Position numbers and translations under genes: made by a program
Part shown: positions 56,700 to 64,000 of the stretch, one piece after another
How the letters are laid out: the number at the start of each line of letters is the position of its first letter
Numbering within the stretch: position 1 is the stretch's first letter
Origin: Heterodontus francisci
Taxonomy: Eukaryota
Assembly (NCBI RefSeq): GCF_036365525.1
Contig: NC_090388.1
Coordinates: forward strand, 29,962,662-30,026,661
Length of the DNA stretch: 64,000 bases
Direction of reading: 5' to 3'
The notes under the pieces: generated by a model
What the model saw: the letters and a program-made list of their open reading frames with translations, nothing else
Told to the model about the DNA's origin: nothing
Database searches by the model: none

Positions 56700-57597
56700 C
56701 AATTTCCCTCAATCAAAAGGTCAGAAGTGGGAATGTTTGCTGATGATAGCACAATGTTCAGTACCATTCGCAACTCCTCAGGTACTGAAGCAGTCCATGT
56801 CCATTTGCAATGAGACCTGGACAACATTCAGGTTTGGGCTGATATGTGGCAAATAATATTTGTGCCACACAAGTGCCAGGCAATGACCAACTCCAACAAA
56901 AGAGAATCTAACCATCTCCCCTTGACATTCAATGGTATTACTATCACTGAATCCCACATTATCAACATCCTGGGGGTTATCATTGACCAGAAACTGAACT
57001 GGTCTGCGGCGACAAGAGCAGGTCAGAGATGAAGAATGTTGAAGTGAGTAGCTCACCTCCTGACTCCCCAAAGCCTGTCCAACATCTACAAGGCACAAGT
57101 CAGGAGTGTGATGTAATACTCCCAACTTGCCTGAATGAGTGTAGCTCCAACAGCACTCAAGAAGCTTGACACCATCCAGGACATAGCAGTCTGCTTGCTT
57201 GGCACCCCATCCACAAACTTAAACATGTACTCCCTCTGCCACCAATGCACAGTGGCAGTAACGTGCACTAGATACAAGATGCAATGCAGCAACTCACCAA
57301 GGCTCTTTCAACAGGACCTTCCAAATCCGCAACCTCTACCAGCTCGAAGGACAAGGGCAGCAGTTGCATGGGAACACCACCACCTGCAAATTCCCCTCCA
57401 AGCCACACACCATTGCCTTTCCTTCACTGTCACTGGGTCAAAATCCTGGAACTCCCTTCCTAACAGCACTGTGGGAGTACCAGCACCAGATGGACTGCAG
57501 CGGTCCAAGAAGGCAGCTCACCATAACCTTCTCAAGGGCAATTAGGGATAGGCAACAAATGCAGCCTTGCCAGCTTTGCCCACATCCCATATAAGAA
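56700..57597 (+). mobile_element. CR1-group LINE 3' fragment of a second family; shorter copies at 27140-27325 (+), 32980-33240 (+) and 61020-61185 (-)
   Basis: [34 protein letters not shown]; shared tail aagggcaattagggat.ggcaa.aaatgc. Confidence 0.8.
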
Positions 57598-57977
57598 TTA
57601 GAATTGAGTACGGTTCTTAGCAATAATTTAAGTTCGTGATTTGACTTGATTCATGTCACGAGATGTCTCTGATTTCACAGTGCACATGTCAAGAAATACA
57701 TCACCTGGTGTCATCTCTTTATCAAGTACTTCAGTGACAAATACATGAAGGAGGGTCTTCCACACTGAAGAGCGTAACATTTGGCAATTTCAAATAAAAT
57801 CTGAAACATGAGCTATTTTACTAGATGTAACTAGATAATATTGAAATAAAGAATTCTCAGCAAAATTAGTGGAACACAAAATTCAAGGGATATGGAAACA
57901 ACTTATTACCAGTAATTATTGCAGTAATTAAAATTATCTTGACATCATCCTTACAAATTTAATTTTCTTGTTAACAG

Positions 57978-58142
57978 ATATAGATGAGCTAAAGCGAATT
58001 GAAGAAGAGCTAAAATATAGAATTGCTGTGCAGTCTGCAAAGCTGGTTCGTCAGTTAAGGAGAAAAGACAATCTTTCACATAAACTACAGAAGAACAGCG
58101 ATATTGTGACAGCATGTTTGCAAGCAGTTTCACAGAAAAGGC
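57978..58142 (+). CDS. tbc1d30: tbc1d30 coding exon 2 (165 nt); gene continues beyond the window
   Basis: ttaacag/ then (D)IDELKRIEEELKYRIAVQSAKLVRQLRRKDNLSHKLQKNSDIVTACLQAVSQKR, C/gtaagt donor; phase matches exon 1. Confidence 0.93.
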
Positions 58143-59824
58143 GTAAGTATATTTTTAAAATATGGATCACACCATTTCCTCTTGCTGAATGTTATATAAT
58201 ATTTACATTTATATAGCACCTTATCACTCAATATTTTAGAATTGTCACACAATAGATAACTTTTGGAGTGCATTAATTTGCTAGGTAGGCAAATATACGC
58301 ATGGTTTGATATTTGCATGTCTTTTCATATTACTGTCGGACTTAATGGGATTGGTTTATAACCTCAGTAGTACATGACCTGCCTTTATATAATTTATATA
58401 CCATCGAGCTACTGGTTGAACAAATCAGTTAGACTACTTACTTTAAATTTACAAAATATACTTAATCATGTTTGCCTTTTGATAATTTAGAATTCTGGGG
58501 AAATCTTTACATCAGGTTTCTTTATTTTAAGTATAACCTTTATCAAATGGACCAGTAAATTAAGTAGTGGTGTTTGTATAGGAGTGCTAGACTGATGGTA
58601 ACAGCTATTAACTGGAAGAGGGGAAAAAATGGCTGAATGAAACTGGATCATGCTCTGGCAGGCAATTTTACTGCAACAAATGGAAATGTCACAAAATGAG
58701 AACAGTGGTTTGATAGTTGTACTTTTGAAGAGCAATTTTTATGCTTTGATTTCAGTCAGTTTTAGAGAAATATTGAGATTTATGCTTTCTATGCTTACTT
58801 TAATTATATGTCTTTTAATATGCTACTTTCAAAAGGTTTTATTTTGGGTCTTTCCTTATTATGGTTACATTAACACCATAAGAATTTTCCATAACAATTT
58901 GTAAACATGTAAACATTATAATTTGTAGCATCTAATAAATGGAAAGCATTACATCTTGCTGTTGAACAAATGTTGAGAATTCTGATAATTCCCTTCAGCA
59001 GCAGAATTACTGAAAGGCTTTATTTAAAAAAAATACAATTTTCCAGGTATAAATTGCTGTTCAAGCAGACTGAAGTCATGATTCTAATTACGTTTGTCAT
59101 GTTAATTGTGGAATTAAGTCAATGCAAAGTGAACATGTTTCTGGTAATTATATGCAATGCACAAATTTGCAAAACTGAAAATGTTTTAGGCTGCCGCATA
59201 TTGAATATGAGTAACTGTATCTATAGAAACATTAAAATATGGTAATTTTTTTCTTTTTTGAAAGCACTTTCTTTTGTTGCTCTCCTCTCCTCCCCATATT
59301 CTCCATTTTCTTACTTCTCTGAAGGTAGTTGCTCAGGTAGAATTCCATTGGTGTCTGAAGCCCTCTGGTTTCTTTCCCATTCAGCCATTTTCATGTATGG
59401 GTTGAGTGATTGCTGGTATGCTTCACCTGTGGGCCGCCACAGCCAAGACCAATCTAATCTTCATTTACTCACTTTCCAGCAGAAATTACTGGATACCATT
59501 TGCAAGTGGATTCTGGCTGTTCTTTCTGTCCTTGAGCCAAATGATGCTCAGGTCAATTGATGTGCCCTAATTGCCATACAAGCTGAGATTGGTTAACACA
59601 GACCAACAATTGAAACTGATAGATTTCTTGTCTGGTAGGATTCAGTAGCACACCAAATTGTATTATTATTATGTCATTGTGATATTTTCCATTACTGATT
59701 AAATAAGGAGGAAAATATTGATCGCCCGTTGTGTCAAAAGTTGTTAAAATCAATGTATATGGTCTTTTACATTCAGTATTCTATGGAGAATTGGTTAGGA
59801 GCATCCTAACTTCAATACAATACT

Positions 59825-60633
59825 TGGCTGGATTTTAAGGAGCCCTTGACGTTGGGATCTGTGGTGGGGGTGGGGGTGTGCCTGAAGATGGCCCCGGATG
59901 AGAACCGCCACGGACCTCGACACCGGCAGGGCCCGATATTATCGGTGGCGGCAAGACCACTGGACAATGGGACCGCAATATAAATATTTAAATAAATTAA
60001 ATACCTGAATTAATTACTCTCCTGTCTCCTCTGGATGTCCCTCTGCGATCTTCGGCCAGGTGGCCAGCACTCCCGCGCCTTCAGATCCCCGTCTGGGGAA
60101 ACGAGACGCAACACTGGAGGGGAGAGGGGAGGAGGTAAGTTTCTCAGTGCGGGGGTTTGGGGGTGGGTGGGGAACAGGGTCAAATTAACATCATGGGTGT
60201 AGGGGATGGTGGGAAGGGTTATAGTTTAAAGTTTGTGCATTTTGGGGGGGGGGGGTGGTGGTAAGGTCAGATGGTAAAGGTAAGTGTTTTGGGGGTGAAG
60301 GGCAAATAATTAATTTAATTGTTATGGGGGGACTGGGAGAGGAGCAAAAGATATGTATATTTCAATAAATCGTTCTTTAAATATTTAAATATGCTGGTAG
60401 GGCTAACAGCCCTTTAAAATGGCGTCAGTGCCTGTGCACAGGCGGCTGGCGCCATTGTCGGGGGTGGACAGCCCACTCCCTCCTAGTGATAGGTGGGGTG
60501 GCGGGTGCGGTGGCCCACCCCGGCTATTTAAGTGACCACGCTTGGACTCGCAATGGCTCTTTGGCGTGTGGCTGGCGTGGGTAGGCTGCCATTTTTTTCG
60601 TATTTTACTTTATATACTTATAAAATTCAGCCC
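59825..60633. mobile_element. PIF/Harbinger-like MITE
   Basis: Same TIRs; TSD ACT on both sides. Confidence 0.75.
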
Positions 60634-63596
60634 ACTATGTTTATACTGTGACTGATTTGGAAGTCAAATCTCTAGCTTAAATGCTGTGGAATGAAGAAAC
60701 TTACAATTGATTTTTGAATCAATGTACACAGCTCTCCTTGTTTTACAACTTCTCATTTACAGTTCAATTAGCTATCATCCTGTAGCTAAAACGCTGCATC
60801 AAATTTATAAGCATTATAAGCTGATGGTCTGGTCCATAGGAAAGTACATGACACGAAAGCAACAGCCTCATCTTTTACAAACTGGAGCCAGTTGATATAA
60901 TGTTGAGTTACAGGTTAAACAGATCAGTGATTGGGGTAGCAGGTTCAGTTCTGATATACCTTATTCAGAGGGGATCCAAATGAGGCTTTGAAAATGCAGT
61001 TTAAAAAATGGTAGTTCTTTTTTGTTGTTCATTCGTGGGATGTGGGCATCGCTGACAAGGCCAGTATTTATTGCCCATTCCTAATTGCCCTTGAGAAGGT
61101 GGTGGTGAGCTGCCTTTTTGAACTGCTGCAGTCCATGTTGAGTAGGTATACCACAGTGCTGTAGGTAGGAAGTTCCAGGATTCAAAATACTTAACAGTTG
61201 TATAATGCTGAAGTATAAAGTTTAATATTTATTTGTTATGATCAAAGAACGATCAACCACTTTATTCTGTTCCCAAGATTACATTTAATAGTAATAGTGA
61301 GTCAGAATAATGAAAATGCACATCTCATGCTTTTAGTTTGGGGCATATTTCCTCAGTTAATATTTTAATTATCTGTTTTGTTAACATGCAGCCTGGCTAT
61401 GCTCTGTGCTAAGGTAAATATGATAAACTTTGTATTTTATTCACACTGATAGCATGTAAGTTTGAATTTTAATTTTTTGAGATCAACAATTAATTGATCT
61501 TTTTCCGTCTTGGCAACGAACAGGTTTTTAACCAATTTATTTGCGCATGCATTAATGTGATTGTTCATATTTATAAATTTTATGCATCATTGCAGATACA
61601 CTAAAAGTGTAAGCAAATCAGTATTTAATGGCTGAATTGTGCATACAATATTGTACATTACTACTGAGAAACTCTGATTTAATTACTCTCTTGTAAAACT
61701 TGCTTTCTTTCATTTTTCAATACCATTTCCTTCTCATATCTTATATAATGGATTTGAGGCGTTTCATTATTATATCTATCTTCCTTCTGTAACATTGCAA
61801 TACAAAATCTGCTGTTTGTTCATTCTATAATTGACATTTGTAGGCCTTTTTGAAGATTTTTTCCAAGCTTTGTACGATATTGCACAGCCTATTGCTCTGG
61901 CTGATTATAACACAAACTGTAAATGGGTCCTTTCATTCAAAATATTAAGGCTCCTTACAAAGTACATTGTGTAAATAATCATGTTTTGGAGACATAAGGT
62001 TGTTTATTAAAAACATTTCTTGTGTTCGGACAAATGCATAGCTTGTGTAATGTAGCATTGGAAGGCTTTGTAATAGGACTTTTTTTCACTGATTCCAGTA
62101 CCTACTTCAGCACTAAGAGTGTTCAATTTTGTATATATTTAAGATATAGGAAGCCAGCTGGCATTAGAGAGCGCCTGTTTTACTACTGTTTTTGCCAGTA
62201 GTCACCAGACTGGAATAGGTGCAGCAACATTTAGGATTATGCAGTGTCACTATCAGTTTAACTGAATGTATACTAAACTTTGTGATACTTACAAACCTCT
62301 GACTGGGCAGCAAGAGTATCTAATTCACATTTTCTAATACTAAAAATATTTTCTAACCATCCATCTGATAACTTCGATTACATAGATCCTTTGATCTTTG
62401 AGTTAATTTGAGCAGGTTAAATATTTGTAATCTGCAAAGAAACACTCGAAATTGCAGTGGCAGAAACTAACTTGTTTATTGCCAAACCCTCTAGAATATT
62501 CCCATCAAGGAATAACAAAAGCAGTACAAGAGAGACCTTGGAATGGAATTGCTACAATGTGCTTACTTTTATCAGGGGACCATCTAGTGTTCAATTAACA
62601 ATGTGCAAGTCCCATACATGTCAGTATTAGCCAAATATTCAAATTCTCTGCAGAGCAAACAATCATATAAACATTTTGAAAATAAGTTTATGAAAGATTG
62701 TTGAAAGGATGGTGCTCAATGAATTCTTCAGTTTGAAACTAGATATTCCAGAATGACTACCAGTCCATGATTCTATAATAATCTTTGGCAGTTCTAGTTC
62801 CTGCTCAGTATAATGTTCAATCTAACTGCCCATGCACAGTTACAGATATCATTGGTGATGGTGATAGTAATGTAGTTGATAGTACACATTTAGACTTGAG
62901 GATATACTTTTTAAAATCCCTCACAGGAGTTCATGGGATAAAAATGGGAAGGTGAAATGGCCAGACGGTAGGAGGAAAATTGTAAATATTTGACTAATTG
63001 TAGTAGTTCCAATTGGGGAATTGCAACAAGTGGAATAAACCCAAAGATTGGCCATGGAACCTTTGCCATTTACAACAATTGTCAATGTATTGTAAATCAA
63101 ATGTTTACATTTTCAGCTGTGGAGAAAGGAGAGACATAAAGGTTAACTATTTTTCAGTTATTCCCAGCCAGGTCAGTAACAGATGGCAATTGCTATTTAG
63201 AAATGTAGTGAATTTTGTTGCTAAAACAGGAAATGATTATTATATAAAATAATGAGTATATAATTAATTAAAGTAGAAAATATTAATCAGATGAAAAATA
63301 TTCCAATGTAAGCATGAAGCCAAACATTGCATTTATTTGGATCCTGTTACTGTCCTTGAAATATCTCAATGCACTTCACACAGAAGAGGCCATTTTGACT
63401 TTTTGCAATAGTGTAAAACAGGTGATCGCAAATTGACAGCCTGATTACATTTCCCAATTTTTATTTCCTTTGACTTTAATGGAAACAAAAATCAAGCGAG
63501 GTGTTTAACCAGTGGTCAAGCTGATCATTGTGCAAGGAAAACTATCATTCAAAGTTAAAATTACCCCCAATGATGTTTAGAGTGCATTGACTTCAT

Positions 63597-64000
63597 TGTT
63601 CCAGTCAAGTGAGGAGGGGTCGAAGGACTTCCCTCTGTTCCCTCTCCTTGTTTGACCACAACAGGTTTAATTCTTTCTTAAAGTGGATGTACTGGCTAAT
63701 TCAGTAGGTGTTTGATTACTTACTTGCTATGATCATAACAAAAAACCAATTAGACAGGTTTTCTTGAGTTTAACAAAGAAAGAGGTTAACTTTATTGTAC
63801 CTAAAACGAACTAATGAAAATAATAAACTATGCGCAACTTTCACTCTCACACACACACAAATAGGTTACAGGGTGGGGAAAAGTAGATTGGTTGAGTTAG
63901 AGTCCATAGGAAAAAAAGGGGTATACAGTCTGTGGGGGTTAGTGATTCAGCTGGCTTCTAGCTGAATTTCGTGGTCCTGAGGCTTTTAGTTTGAAGAGGT
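63597..64000 (-). mobile_element. LTR-like repeat, runs off the window
   Basis: Same layout as 34993-35811 and 18340-18631. Confidence 0.55.

Overview
Repeat-rich vertebrate genomic DNA. The repeat families (V-domain HE1-like SINEs, SacSINE1/DeuSINE-like SINEs, abundant CR1) point to a shark or other elasmobranch. Three spliced genes were reconstructed by hand from GT-AG boundaries and in-frame translation: complete rps16 (minus, 5 coding exons, 146 aa, plus a probable 5'TOP non-coding exon), complete gns (N-acetylglucosamine-6-sulfatase; minus, 14 exons, 532 aa), and the first two coding exons of tbc1d30 (plus). The remainder is mostly CR1/L2/RTE LINE fragments, SINEs, solo LTRs, Harbinger-like MITEs and Penelope-like (PLE) remnants. 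The most notable signal is a family of short palindromic Penelope-derived elements carrying minimal hammerhead-ribozyme-like motifs. Two copies have 15-bp target-site duplications, and one is a perfect 59-bp hairpin just downstream of gns. Most ORFs in the supplied track are spurious or TE-derived. Repeat boundaries are approximate unless a TSD is quoted. No database searches were run.
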